The notes beneath the pieces are model-generated. The model was not told the origin of the DNA. It did not search any database and saw nothing but the letters and a program-made list of their open reading frames with translations. Below, piece by piece: positions 17,389 through 26,658 of a stretch of 33,997 nucleotides of DNA. A program made the position numbers and the translations under genes. Position 1 is the stretch's first letter; each line of letters starts with the position of its first letter. Location of the stretch: assembly GCA_964354195.1 (NCBI GenBank), contig CAYGYN010000031.1:1-33997 (forward strand). Reading direction: 5' to 3'. The DNA comes from Candidatus Woesearchaeota archaeon. Its GTDB lineage: Archaea > Nanobdellota > Nanobdellia > Pacearchaeales > GW2011-AR1.

Positions 17389-19200
17389 ATGAGTGAAAAA
17401 AAGCCGAAAAACCTGGCTGAACAGTCTTCTGAGCCCAAGAAATACGAGGAAAAGGCGAAGATTAACAGTGCATTGCCTGAGGAGCAGGCAAAGCAGCTTG
17501 CAAATCTCGAGAAAATAAAGGCAAAAATTGAGACTTTTAAGAAAGCTGCTATGAAGAAATATCCTTTCACAATTGCAATCGGTTTATTGCCTGTGAATTC
17601 ATTTGCGCTTTTTGAGGAAGATGAAGGCTTGCCAAAAGAGGCAATTGAGAGCAAGCCGCTGCATCTTATGATGATTATTCCTGAGGATAATTACAAAGAC
17701 ATTCCAAAGATAAAGCCAGAGATTGTGAAGATGGCAAAAGAGACAAAGGAGAATCTCTGGGTGCATATTAAAACGCCGGTTGATATATGGAACTATGGAT
17801 TGGACAGCAAGTTTGAATTCATTGATGCGATTTCTGCCTCGCTCCCTATTCATGACCAGGGTTTTCTTGGTGCTCTTCGTGTTGCGAACATACATAAGAC
17901 GCTCCTGCTCAGGAAGTTTGAGAAATATGTGACTGCTTATGTTATTGGCGGCAGTCTTGTTCGTGGAACAGCTGGAAAAGACTCTGATGTTGATGTTTTT
18001 GTTGTTATTGATGATACTGATGTGAAGAGAATGCCTCGTCTAGAACTGCTGGACAAGCTTAAAGGTATTGTTTATGATTATATCAGAGAGGCAACAGCTC
18101 TTGCAGGAGTGAAGAATATTCTTTCTCCGCAGGTTTATCTGCTTACTGATTTCTGGCAAAGCGTGAAAGATGCGCATCCTGTTATGTTTACATTTATTCG
18201 TGATGGAATACCTCTTTATGATCGTGGTACGTTTTTGCCATGGAAGCTTCTTCTCAAGATGGGAAAGATAAAGCCAAGTGCTGAGGCAATTGACTTATAT
18301 ATGAAGCAGGGAGAGCAGACAGAGGAAATGGTAAAAAGAAGAATGATTGACGCTATGATTGATATTTACTACGGCGTTTTGACTCCGACGCAGGCTTTGA
18401 TTATGCTTGCTGGAATGGCTCCGCCAACGCACAAGGAAACTCCAAAGATGTTCAAAGAGATATTCTTTGACAAAGAAAAAATGGTTGACAAGAAGTACGT
18501 CAAGATAATTGAGAAAGATGTTGACATGTTCAGGCAGTATGAATATGGCAAGCTTAAAGAAATTCCTGGAAAAGAAATTGACAAGATGATGTCTGAATGG
18601 AAAGATTACAGCAAGATGCTCCAGAAACTAAGGGAGAAGATTGAGAAGAGAATACATGCGAAGACAGCTGAAGAGGTTTATGCTGAAGTATTCAAGATGC
18701 TCAAGAACTTGTTTGGAAACAAGTCGCAAAACCAATTGATAAATGAATTTGAGTCTAAACTCGTGAAGAAAGGGAAAGTAGAGCAGAGATTCTCAAAGAT
18801 AGTAAGGGAGATTGCAAATGTCCAGAAGAAAGTTGAGGCTGGGAAGATAAGCCTGAAAGAAGTTGACAATATGAAGAAAGATGCAATAGAATTGATAAGA
18901 AGCCTTGTTGAATATGCCCAGAGAGCAGATATAACCACAAGCGAGAAAGGAACACTTGTGCAGATAACTTATGGCGGGAACAGAAAAGCAGAACTGGTAC
19001 TCGCGGGAAAAGACTGCTTCCTCATTGAAGGAAAGGATATAAGGAAAATTCATGGCGATAATTTAACACTTGTTGAATCCTCAAAAGAAGAGCTTGAAAA
19101 AGCACTTGCAGAAAGCAAAGGCAAGCTAAGCACGAAAATATCAGGCGAAGTATTCCATGCTCTTGAGAAGGCGCTGGGCAAGTTCGAGATGATTATCTAA
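17389..19200 (+). CDS. Nucleotidyltransferase (Pol beta/MNT-type) fused to HEPN-like helical domain, with degenerate N-terminal NTase-like repeat
   Basis: GGSLVRG...DSDVDVFVVIDD motif; DIYYGVLTPTQALIMLAG..PPTHKE resembles HEPN helices. Confidence 0.8.
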   Translation: MSEKKPKNLAEQSSEPKKYEEKAKINSALPEEQAKQLANLEKIKAKIETFKKAAMKKYPFTIAIGLLPVNSFALFEEDEGLPKEAIESKPLHLMMIIPEDNYKDIPKIKPEIVKMAKETKENLWVHIKTPVDIWNYGLDSKFEFIDAISASLPIHDQGFLGALRVANIHKTLLLRKFEKYVTAYVIGGSLVRGTAGKDSDVDVFVVIDDTDVKRMPRLELLDKLKGIVYDYIREATALAGVKNILSPQVYLLTDFWQSVKDAHPVMFTFIRDGIPLYDRGTFLPWKLLLKMGKIKPSAEAIDLYMKQGEQTEEMVKRRMIDAMIDIYYGVLTPTQALIMLAGMAPPTHKETPKMFKEIFFDKEKMVDKKYVKIIEKDVDMFRQYEYGKLKEIPGKEIDKMMSEWKDYSKMLQKLREKIEKRIHAKTAEEVYAEVFKMLKNLFGNKSQNQLINEFESKLVKKGKVEQRFSKIVREIANVQKKVEAGKISLKEVDNMKKDAIELIRSLVEYAQRADITTSEKGTLVQITYGGNRKAELVLAGKDCFLIEGKDIRKIHGDNLTLVESSKEELEKALAESKGKLSTKISGEVFHALEKALGKFEMII

Positions 19201-19242
19201 CGAGCCAATAAGGTTTAAAAACCATTCTTATTTAACAAAAAC

Positions 19243-19497
19243 ATGAAAGGGATAGTTGTTCAGTTCAGGAGAAGCCGCCACAGGATACATGAAAGGCATT
19301 ATCTTTTAGACTTAGGACTAAAGAGCAGGGATGAAGCCAAGAAAATGGCTGGAAAAGCTGTTGAATGGAAGTCTCCAGCTGGAAAGATAATAAAGGGAAA
19401 AATAAGCGATGCCCATGGAAATAAAGGACTTGTAAGAGCTATTTTTGAATCAGGATTGCCAGGACAGGCAATAACCACAGACGTGGAGGTAAAGTAA
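19243..19497 (+). CDS. rpl35ae: 50S ribosomal protein L35Ae (eL33)
   Basis: GKIIKGKISDAHGNKGLVRAIFESGLPGQA signature. Confidence 0.95.
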   Translation: MKGIVVQFRRSRHRIHERHYLLDLGLKSRDEAKKMAGKAVEWKSPAGKIIKGKISDAHGNKGLVRAIFESGLPGQAITTDVEVK

Positions 19498-19498
19498 G

Positions 19499-19813
19499 AT
19501 GAATGAAAATGAAGGTTTATGCAGATTTGCAAGAGGATGGAACGGTATAAGGTGCAATTTACCATTGGTATCAGGATATGCGCAAAGGATGAACTGGGCA
19601 GAAACGAATGGAGAGAAAGAAGGGGCAGTTTATGTTGGCGCAAGGGAAGCACTTGTACATTTGTGCAGTGCATGCCATCCTTGTGCTGAAACTATTACTG
19701 CATATGATGAAAATGGAAAGATGGTAACATTAAACAGAAGAGAACATTATGATGTAGAATTAGCAAAGCAAAAAGCAGACGAATTAATGGAGGTAACCGC
19801 AGAGGAAGAATAA
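19499..19813 (+). CDS. Hypothetical Cys-containing protein
   Basis: 104-aa ORF spaced by 1 nt from each flanking r-protein gene; C..C and CSACHPC. Confidence 0.65.
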   Translation: MNENEGLCRFARGWNGIRCNLPLVSGYAQRMNWAETNGEKEGAVYVGAREALVHLCSACHPCAETITAYDENGKMVTLNRREHYDVELAKQKADELMEVTAEEE

Positions 19814-19814
19814 T

Positions 19815-20357
19815 ATGGGACTCAGAAAAGCAGCATCATATTCAAAAAGGTATGCAAGACCCTTTACAAGAAACTCAAGGAGAAAGAACAGGGCTTACAT
19901 AAAAACAATCCCGCATGTCAAGATTGCCAAATTCAATGTTGGAAACCAGAAAGACTTCCGAGAGGGAAAACACACTTTTGTTGTAAGGCTTATATCAAAT
20001 GAAAAGGTTCAGATAAGGGACAATGCGCTTGAGGCAGGAAGAATGCACACACACAAATTGCTTGATGAGAAAATACCTGGAGAATACTTCCTTGCAGTCA
20101 AAGTGCAGCCGCATCATTTTCTTAGAAATAACAAGACTTCCGGGGTTGCTGGCGCAGACAGAATGTCAACTGGAATGAGCCATTCATTCGGCATCATTGA
20201 AGGCAGAGCGGCTCTTGTTCCCGCAGGACATGACATATTCTTTATTTCCTGCATGAATGAGAAAGCAGCAAGAATAGCCCGTGAAGTTCTTGAATCAGTA
20301 AAAGCCAAAATGCCTTCCTCAACGAAGATTACTTTTGAGCAGATAAAGAAGGATTAA
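19815..20357 (+). CDS. rpl10e: 50S ribosomal protein L10e (uL16)
   Basis: QIRDNALEAGR, PHHFLRNNK, AGADRMSTGMSHSFG. Confidence 0.96.
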   Translation: MGLRKAASYSKRYARPFTRNSRRKNRAYIKTIPHVKIAKFNVGNQKDFREGKHTFVVRLISNEKVQIRDNALEAGRMHTHKLLDEKIPGEYFLAVKVQPHHFLRNNKTSGVAGADRMSTGMSHSFGIIEGRAALVPAGHDIFFISCMNEKAARIAREVLESVKAKMPSSTKITFEQIKKD

Positions 20358-20361
20358 TATT

Positions 20362-20835
20362 ATGATATCTGTAACAAATGTTTATGTCAAAGAGACAAAA
20401 GACAGGGGAAAAGGGGTTTTCGCAAAACAGGATATAAAGGAAGGGGAGATAGTAGGCATCTGCGAAGGCAAGATTTATCAAGAAAAAGATATTGTATCCA
20501 GTGGATTGCCTGATGATCATTTCATGCAGATAGGTTGGCATAAATTCATGTTTGTAGAACCTCCAATAGGCAATACAAATCATTCTTGCGAGCCAAATTG
20601 CGGAATAAAAGAGCTCATTAAACTAATCGCCTTAAAAGATATTAAAAAAGATGAAGAGATAACCTTAGATTATGACACATATGAATATGATTGGGTGATG
20701 AAATGCAAGTGCGGAAGTGAAAATTGCAGAAAGACCATTAGAGGCTATAAATCTCTGCCAGTTGAATTAAAGAAAAAGTACAAAGGTTACATTTCAGAAT
20801 ATCTATCAAGCCCAAAGCCAGGAGACATATTATGA
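20362..20835 (+). CDS. SET-domain protein-lysine methyltransferase with post-SET motif
   Basis: RGKGVFAKQDIKEGE, NHSCEPN, DIKKDEEITLDY, CKCGSENCR. Confidence 0.93.
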   Translation: MISVTNVYVKETKDRGKGVFAKQDIKEGEIVGICEGKIYQEKDIVSSGLPDDHFMQIGWHKFMFVEPPIGNTNHSCEPNCGIKELIKLIALKDIKKDEEITLDYDTYEYDWVMKCKCGSENCRKTIRGYKSLPVELKKKYKGYISEYLSSPKPGDIL

Positions 20836-21992
20836 AATACCTTTTTATTCTTGGAAGAAATCCAAAACTCTCTGAAGCAGAAATATTATCTTACCTTGAA
20901 AGAGAAGGAATTGCTGTCAAGAACTCTGGTTTTAAGTCGAATGCATTGGTTATTGAGGTTGATAAAACACTTGAGGTTAAGAAAGTTGTTAATGAATTGG
21001 GAGGAGTTATTGCAATTGGCAGAGTCTTACTGTCAGGAGAGGTTGAATCAATTGCTAAGGAGATTAGAAACAAGGCGATTTACTTGGGGAGAGAAAATAA
21101 AGTTGTTTATTCTGTTTTGAATTATGCAGAGAGTGAGAAATTTAACGATATCCTCGATGCAATAAAGGAGAATTTTCGAAAAGAGAGATTGAAAGCAAGA
21201 TATAAGGGAGTGAGCGGAACAATAAAACTTCAGGGCGGAGACATTGTTCATGGAAGCCCTTCCAAGATAATGCTTCGAGATATGAACTATTTTCTTTTTG
21301 GTGACAAAGAACTGGAATTTGGAGTGCTTGAAGCAAGCTATAATGCTGAAGAGTCTGAGAAAAATGATATGCAAAAACCATACAGGCGAGAGAGCCTGGC
21401 AATCTCACCAAGATTGGCAAGAGTGCTGATTAATTTATCTCAAGTAAAGGAAAAACAGACTTTGCTGGATCCTTTCTGCGGAGTAGGAGCAATAGTTGGC
21501 GAAGCATTGCTGAAAGGAATCAATGTTATTGGCATTGACATTGATGAAGATGCTGTAAAAAATGCAAAAAGAAACATATCTTGGCTAAAAAACCAATACA
21601 AGTTCAATTCAAACTACGAGCTAACAAATGCTGATTCAAGCAAAATCGAAATAAAATCTTTTGACGGTGTTGCCACAGAACCCTCTTTGGGCGAGTTGCT
21701 GAGAAAAGTCCCAACAAGAGAGAAGGCAGAGGAGATGATATTTGAATTTGAGAATCTTATGATTGATGTCTTGAACAATATAAGGAGGAGCATGAAGAAA
21801 GGGGGAAAGATTGCATTCACAGCACCATTGATAAAAAGCCAGAAAGGCAAGGTTTCATGCAATATAGATGAAATATGCGACAACACTGGTTTGATGGTTT
21901 ATGAGCTTAAGAACTCAGGAATTCAATTTCCCATACGAGAGTTCCGCGAGGACCAAATTGTAGGGAGAGATATCTTTGTTTTGTGCGTTTAA
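20832..21992 (+). CDS. tRNA (guanine-10-N2) methyltransferase-like (Trm11/TrmG10 family)
   Basis: ISPRLARVLINL, LLDPFCGVGAI, GIDID, VATEP; ATGA overlap with the SET gene. Confidence 0.75.
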   Translation: MKYLFILGRNPKLSEAEILSYLEREGIAVKNSGFKSNALVIEVDKTLEVKKVVNELGGVIAIGRVLLSGEVESIAKEIRNKAIYLGRENKVVYSVLNYAESEKFNDILDAIKENFRKERLKARYKGVSGTIKLQGGDIVHGSPSKIMLRDMNYFLFGDKELEFGVLEASYNAEESEKNDMQKPYRRESLAISPRLARVLINLSQVKEKQTLLDPFCGVGAIVGEALLKGINVIGIDIDEDAVKNAKRNISWLKNQYKFNSNYELTNADSSKIEIKSFDGVATEPSLGELLRKVPTREKAEEMIFEFENLMIDVLNNIRRSMKKGGKIAFTAPLIKSQKGKVSCNIDEICDNTGLMVYELKNSGIQFPIREFREDQIVGRDIFVLCV

Positions 21993-22036
21993 GCAATTAA
22001 AGTAATATTTATTAACTCTGTTTCTTATTTATTCAA

Positions 22037-24682
22037 ATGGCTGAAAAAGGGGCGAAAACAAAAGTTATTCCAGCGAGCGATAGTCCCGGCGGACTTGTCA
22101 AGTGGTTTTCTGAATTAAGCAACAAGGATATTGCAATTGCGGGCGGCAAAGGAGCAAGCCTTGCTGAAATGTATAATGCAAAATTCCCAATACCACCTGG
22201 ATTTGTTATAACTGCGCAGGCTTACACTTATTTCATGAACAAATCAGGATTGCTTGAAAAGATAAAGCAAATGCTTGCAGGCTTGGACATGGAAGACACT
22301 GAGAAACTAGAAACTCTTTCCAAAGATATAAGAGAATTGATATCAAATTCTGAGATGCCTCTTGAAATGGAGAATGAAATAACAGAAGCGTATGATATTC
22401 TTGACACAAGCAAGCAGGCATTAAAAGAGGCGAAGGGAACTGCTCTTGATATACTAAAGAATTCGTACGAGCCGCCATTTGTTGCTGTCAGAAGCTCGGC
22501 AACCACCGAGGACCTGGCTGACGCGAGTTTTGCAGGACAGCAGGAAAGTTTCCTGAATGTCAAGGGCAAGACGGACTTAATAATGAAAGTCAAGCAATGC
22601 ATTGCTTCGCTATTCACTGCAAGGGCTGTCTATTACAGGGAGAAAAAAGGATTTGGGCAGGAGAAAGCACAGCTTGCAGTTGTTGTAATGAAAATGATTG
22701 ATTCTGACAAGTCCGGAGTTATTTTCTCGAGAAACCCAATAACAATGGAAGATACAATAATGATAGAGGCTGTCTGGGGGCTTGGAGAAGGAATTGTTTC
22801 AGGAAGAATAAAACCAGACAACTACATTGTTGACGGGAACGTTGACAAGTTCAATATTCTTGACATGAGTATCTCTGAGAAGAAAGTTGCAATAACAAGG
22901 TCTTCATCTGGCGAGAACCAGATAGTGAAGCTGACTGAGGAGAGGGCAAAGCAGCAGGTTCTTAATAATTACGAGATAAAGATGCTGGCAATATATGCAA
23001 AACAGCTTGAGGAGCATTACAAGAAGCCCCAGGATATTGAGTTTGCTATATCTGGAAAAGACATTTATATTGTGCAGTCAAGGCCGATAACAACATTAGG
23101 GATGGAAAAGAAAGAGAAGAAGGAATTTGGTGGAGCGATATTGCTTACTGGCTTGGGAGCATCACCGGGAGCTGCTTCAGGGACAGTGAAAATAGTTTAT
23201 TCGCTTGATGACTTGAAGAAAATAAAGAAAGGGGACATTCTTGTTACAGAAATGACTAATCCTGACATGGTTGTAACAATGCAAAGAGCTTCTGGAATAA
23301 TAACTGACGAGGGGGGAATAACTTCTCATGCTGCAATTGTCTCAAGAGAGATGGGAATTCCTGCGGTTGTTGGAACAGGAAGCGCAACAAAGAAATTAAA
23401 AGATGGGGATATTGTCACTGTTGATGGAAATTCCGGCAAAGTATTTGAAGGCAAGGGCGAAACTAAAGTGTCTGAAGTAAATCCTATTGTTCCAACTAGA
23501 ACAAAGATAAAAGTCATTGTTGACTTGCCTGATTTTGCTCAGCGCGCCGCCTTGTCTGGCGCAAAAGCTGTTGGATTGACAAGAATTGAAGGAATAATCG
23601 CGGAATCTGGAAAGCATCCTCTTTATTTTGCGAAAAAAGATGATTTTGCTGATTATGTCAAGCTGTTATATGAAGGGATAAAAAGAATTGCAGAGCCATT
23701 TGAAGAGGTATGGGTGAGAACTTCTGATATAAGGAGTGATGAATACAAGAATCTTGCTGGAGCACCAAAGGAAACTGAAGGAAATCCTATGCTTGGCAAT
23801 CATGGAATCAGGTTTGGACTTAAGAATCCAGGAGTATTAAAGTCTGAGCTTGAAGCTGCAATAAAAGTAGCCCGTGAATTCCCAAACAAGAAGATAGGAA
23901 TAATGATGCCCCAAGTAATTGCACTCTCTGAGCTGCAGCAAACAAAGAATTTTGCCGTGCAAATCGGCATGCCTGAAAACTTCAAGATAGGCATCATGGT
24001 GGAGACGCCTGCTGCTGTGCAGATAATAAATGAACTCTGCAAGGAAGGAATTTCTTTCATAAGCTTTGGAACAAATGACTTGACGCAGTATGTGCTTGCA
24101 ATTGACAGAAACAACTCTGAAGTGCAGTATCTCTATGATGAGATGAATCCTGCCGTATTATCAGCAATAAGTTATGTAATAAGAAGATGCAAGAAATTCG
24201 GGGTTGAAACAAGCATCTGCGGGCAGTCTGGAAGCAAGGAAGAGATGGTTAGATTTCTCATTTCAGAAGGAATTGACTCAATATCTGTAAATGCAGATGC
24301 TGCTGAGAAAATTTCCAAACTCGTGGCTGATTTGGAAAGCGGGAACAATTCAATGCCTAAAGCTGAGGAAAAAGAAGCAGAAACTCGAGAGCAAAAAGAG
24401 CTGAATGTTCCTGAACCAGAAACACCTGTGCCTGAGCAATCACCAGAACCTGAAGAGAAACCAAAGGGAAAATTGGAGCCTATTTTTGAGGAAATCAGCA
24501 AGAAGATGATGAAACAGCCTGTTGAACCTGAACCAAAACCAGAGCAGGACAACAATGAATATATGCCTGGAGAGCCGAAAAAAGCAGATATTCCGTCGCT
24601 AAATGATGCGATTCCGATTGATTCAAGCCTGTTCGGCAAAGATGACGAACTTGGCATTGATAATGAGCTGAAGATCGAGTAA
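22037..24682 (+). CDS. ppsA: Phosphoenolpyruvate synthase (pyruvate, water dikinase)
   Basis: GGKGASLAEM, VAVRSSATTEDLADASFAGQQ, GGITSHAAIVSRE (phospho-His), SFGTNDLTQY, SICGQ; acidic Pro-rich C-terminal tail. Confidence 0.95.
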   Translation: MAEKGAKTKVIPASDSPGGLVKWFSELSNKDIAIAGGKGASLAEMYNAKFPIPPGFVITAQAYTYFMNKSGLLEKIKQMLAGLDMEDTEKLETLSKDIRELISNSEMPLEMENEITEAYDILDTSKQALKEAKGTALDILKNSYEPPFVAVRSSATTEDLADASFAGQQESFLNVKGKTDLIMKVKQCIASLFTARAVYYREKKGFGQEKAQLAVVVMKMIDSDKSGVIFSRNPITMEDTIMIEAVWGLGEGIVSGRIKPDNYIVDGNVDKFNILDMSISEKKVAITRSSSGENQIVKLTEERAKQQVLNNYEIKMLAIYAKQLEEHYKKPQDIEFAISGKDIYIVQSRPITTLGMEKKEKKEFGGAILLTGLGASPGAASGTVKIVYSLDDLKKIKKGDILVTEMTNPDMVVTMQRASGIITDEGGITSHAAIVSREMGIPAVVGTGSATKKLKDGDIVTVDGNSGKVFEGKGETKVSEVNPIVPTRTKIKVIVDLPDFAQRAALSGAKAVGLTRIEGIIAESGKHPLYFAKKDDFADYVKLLYEGIKRIAEPFEEVWVRTSDIRSDEYKNLAGAPKETEGNPMLGNHGIRFGLKNPGVLKSELEAAIKVAREFPNKKIGIMMPQVIALSELQQTKNFAVQIGMPENFKIGIMVETPAAVQIINELCKEGISFISFGTNDLTQYVLAIDRNNSEVQYLYDEMNPAVLSAISYVIRRCKKFGVETSICGQSGSKEEMVRFLISEGIDSISVNADAAEKISKLVADLESGNNSMPKAEEKEAETREQKELNVPEPETPVPEQSPEPEEKPKGKLEPIFEEISKKMMKQPVEPEPKPEQDNNEYMPGEPKKADIPSLNDAIPIDSSLFGKDDELGIDNELKIE

Positions 24683-24745
24683 TTGTTACTACTTCTATGT
24701 GACATCTATAGAAAGGTTTAAATACTAGTTCTGCCTATGAAAAGT

Positions 24746-25660
24746 ATGACAGATGAATATGAAGAAGCAAAGAGTGAAGAAATAAGGGAAAACCTGGGAG
24801 TTTTCAGACCTATTGATAAAAATGAGCATTATGATCCTAAGAAATTTGTAAGGGCACAAAGTCAGATAAAGGACATGGAAGAATATGTTCAAAGATTAAA
24901 CCAGCCCAATGGACATGCTGATGTCAGCGCAAGGAGAGACTTGTCTGGTTTGTTATACGGCGATCCTAATGAACAGCTTAGGAGACCAACTGAACATTTG
25001 ATGTCCGAAGCAAATGACGCACTTAGTTCTGGAGTCGAGAATATGGGAAGATATATTGAAAACAATTCAGGGCAGGCAATGAGCGGGCTTGATGGCAAGA
25101 GCTTGATGGGACTTGTAATAAACAGCCATCCATTATACCTGACAGGAGATGAAAGACATGATAAAGTTGCAGCTGATATCCTGGAACTCAGAGCAATGAA
25201 TAGCCCTAATGAAGAAGTCAGGCATAAAGCATCAGGCAATATGATGAGAAGAATATTGACTGACAAAGAAGTTCCTGATTGGGTGAAAGTTTCTATTCAA
25301 AGATATGCTGCAAGAGAATCAACTTTTGTTGCCACAATATTTTCAAGATATCATGAGGGGCAAGAAAAAGCGATAGCCAGATATCTGACAAGTGGAGACA
25401 AGCCTGACGAGAGCAAGCTAAGGAGATTGATAAATGAAAGCCTTAGAGTTGCCTATGACAAGTTTGATGATGTGCCTTCTGGCGAAGAGAATGATGATGA
25501 GAGAAAGGATATATGGGAGCAGAACATAAGGCCTTGCTACCTCGCTATTGCAGGAGAGCTGCGTTCAATCGAGAAGAAAAAGCTTGAGGAAAAGGACAGC
25601 AAGAAGCAGGAATCAAAAGCCAGAGAAGCAGAAAGGCAATCCTTGAGAATGGCTGCTTAA
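24746..25660 (+). CDS. Hypothetical helical protein
   Basis: Long ORF; ATG 24746 preferred over 24737 because it is 29 nt from TTTAAATA at 24717. Confidence 0.7.
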   Translation: MTDEYEEAKSEEIRENLGVFRPIDKNEHYDPKKFVRAQSQIKDMEEYVQRLNQPNGHADVSARRDLSGLLYGDPNEQLRRPTEHLMSEANDALSSGVENMGRYIENNSGQAMSGLDGKSLMGLVINSHPLYLTGDERHDKVAADILELRAMNSPNEEVRHKASGNMMRRILTDKEVPDWVKVSIQRYAARESTFVATIFSRYHEGQEKAIARYLTSGDKPDESKLRRLINESLRVAYDKFDDVPSGEENDDERKDIWEQNIRPCYLAIAGELRSIEKKKLEEKDSKKQESKAREAERQSLRMAA

Positions 25661-25692
25661 ATTTTAATCTTTCTTTATATCAAAAAAACAAT

Positions 25693-25730
25693 GTGCCACC
25701 ACATATTAAAAGGTGTGGTTTGATTGGCAC
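25693..25730. repeat. Imperfect hairpin related to the inner hairpin at 25751-25779
   Basis: GTGCCA-CCACAT...GTGTGG-TTTGAT-TGGCAC; shares the TAAA..GTGTGGTTT pattern with 25751-25779. Confidence 0.5.
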
Positions 25731-25735
25731 TTGTT

Positions 25736-25801
25736 TTTTGGATGCTCAAGAAACTACCCCGCACTAAAGTGTGTGGTTTTAGTCAGGTTTCTTGACATCA
25801 A
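25736..25801 (-). repeat. Dispersed hairpin element, copy 2, with nested palindrome
   Basis: Minus strand reads TTGATGTCAAGAAAC...GTAGTTTCTTGAGCATCCAAAA; 21/22 and 14/15 identity to the two arms of copy 1. Confidence 0.75.
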
Positions 25802-26603
25802 GAAGTTTGTTGACTATTTTTACCATTTCATTCATGAATTTTTCTGCAATTTCCTGCCATTTTTCTATTTCAGAGCCTTTTACTGAAGTGACTTTGCCGT
25901 GAGAGATGTTCTTATGCATCGTGAATAAATCCTCAAATGCACGCACATAACCCTTGCTTAGCATACCTGTATCGACAAAAGCCTCTTTCAGAAATTCAGG
26001 TATGTGTTCTGGGCTTGGCGGCACTTTTCCAGATGTTATAAGCGCTGCTTGGGCTGAATCAACCATTGTCCAATAGACTCCTTCTATTGCATTCATCTCA
26101 GCCACTTTGCTTCGAACTAAGTGAGTTGGAGCTCTCTGCAATGCGGCAAAAACAGCTTCTGGAGTTGCTCGTATTTTTCCCTGCTCAAGCAAGGCTTTTA
26201 TTGGTGAGAAGAAACCACCTAAATCCACAAGGGGCTGCCCATATCTCAAGATATTAAGAACAACAGGGTCACCATGAATAAGGTCCTGCCACCAACTTGT
26301 TAATTTTATTGTATTCACATGAAGTTCGCGCCCATAGTTCTTTGAAGCGACTAATTTTCCAAGCTCCTCGCGATACCAGGCTATAAGCTCCAGGTCCCAT
26401 TCAACTGAAGCATCATCAATGACAAAGATAACATCAATATCGGATTTAAGCTGAGAGTCCTGCTTGGCTTGAGAGCCAAAAAGGATTGATGCTTTTATCA
26501 GCCTGTCAAATTTTTCCTGCGCGCGGAGAGCAAAGTCCATGGCTATGTCTTTCTCATCAACAAGCTTTTTGCCTGATTTTGCGCTTTTCACCTTCTTTTT
26601 CAT
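25779..26603 (-). CDS. Nucleotidyltransferase fused to HEPN-like domain, paralog of 17389..19200
   Basis: LFGSQAK...KSDIDVIFVIDD; VYWTMVDSAQAALITSGKVPPSPEH; start set to ATG 26603 to avoid overlap with the upstream gene. Confidence 0.8.
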   Translation of the reverse strand: MKKKVKSAKSGKKLVDEKDIAMDFALRAQEKFDRLIKASILFGSQAKQDSQLKSDIDVIFVIDDASVEWDLELIAWYREELGKLVASKNYGRELHVNTIKLTSWWQDLIHGDPVVLNILRYGQPLVDLGGFFSPIKALLEQGKIRATPEAVFAALQRAPTHLVRSKVAEMNAIEGVYWTMVDSAQAALITSGKVPPSPEHIPEFLKEAFVDTGMLSKGYVRAFEDLFTMHKNISHGKVTSVKGSEIEKWQEIAEKFMNEMVKIVNKLLDVKKPD

Positions 26604-26658
26604 TTTAATATATATTTTGTAGTGATATTTTCTTTTTAAAGATTTGCCTTTCAAATCT

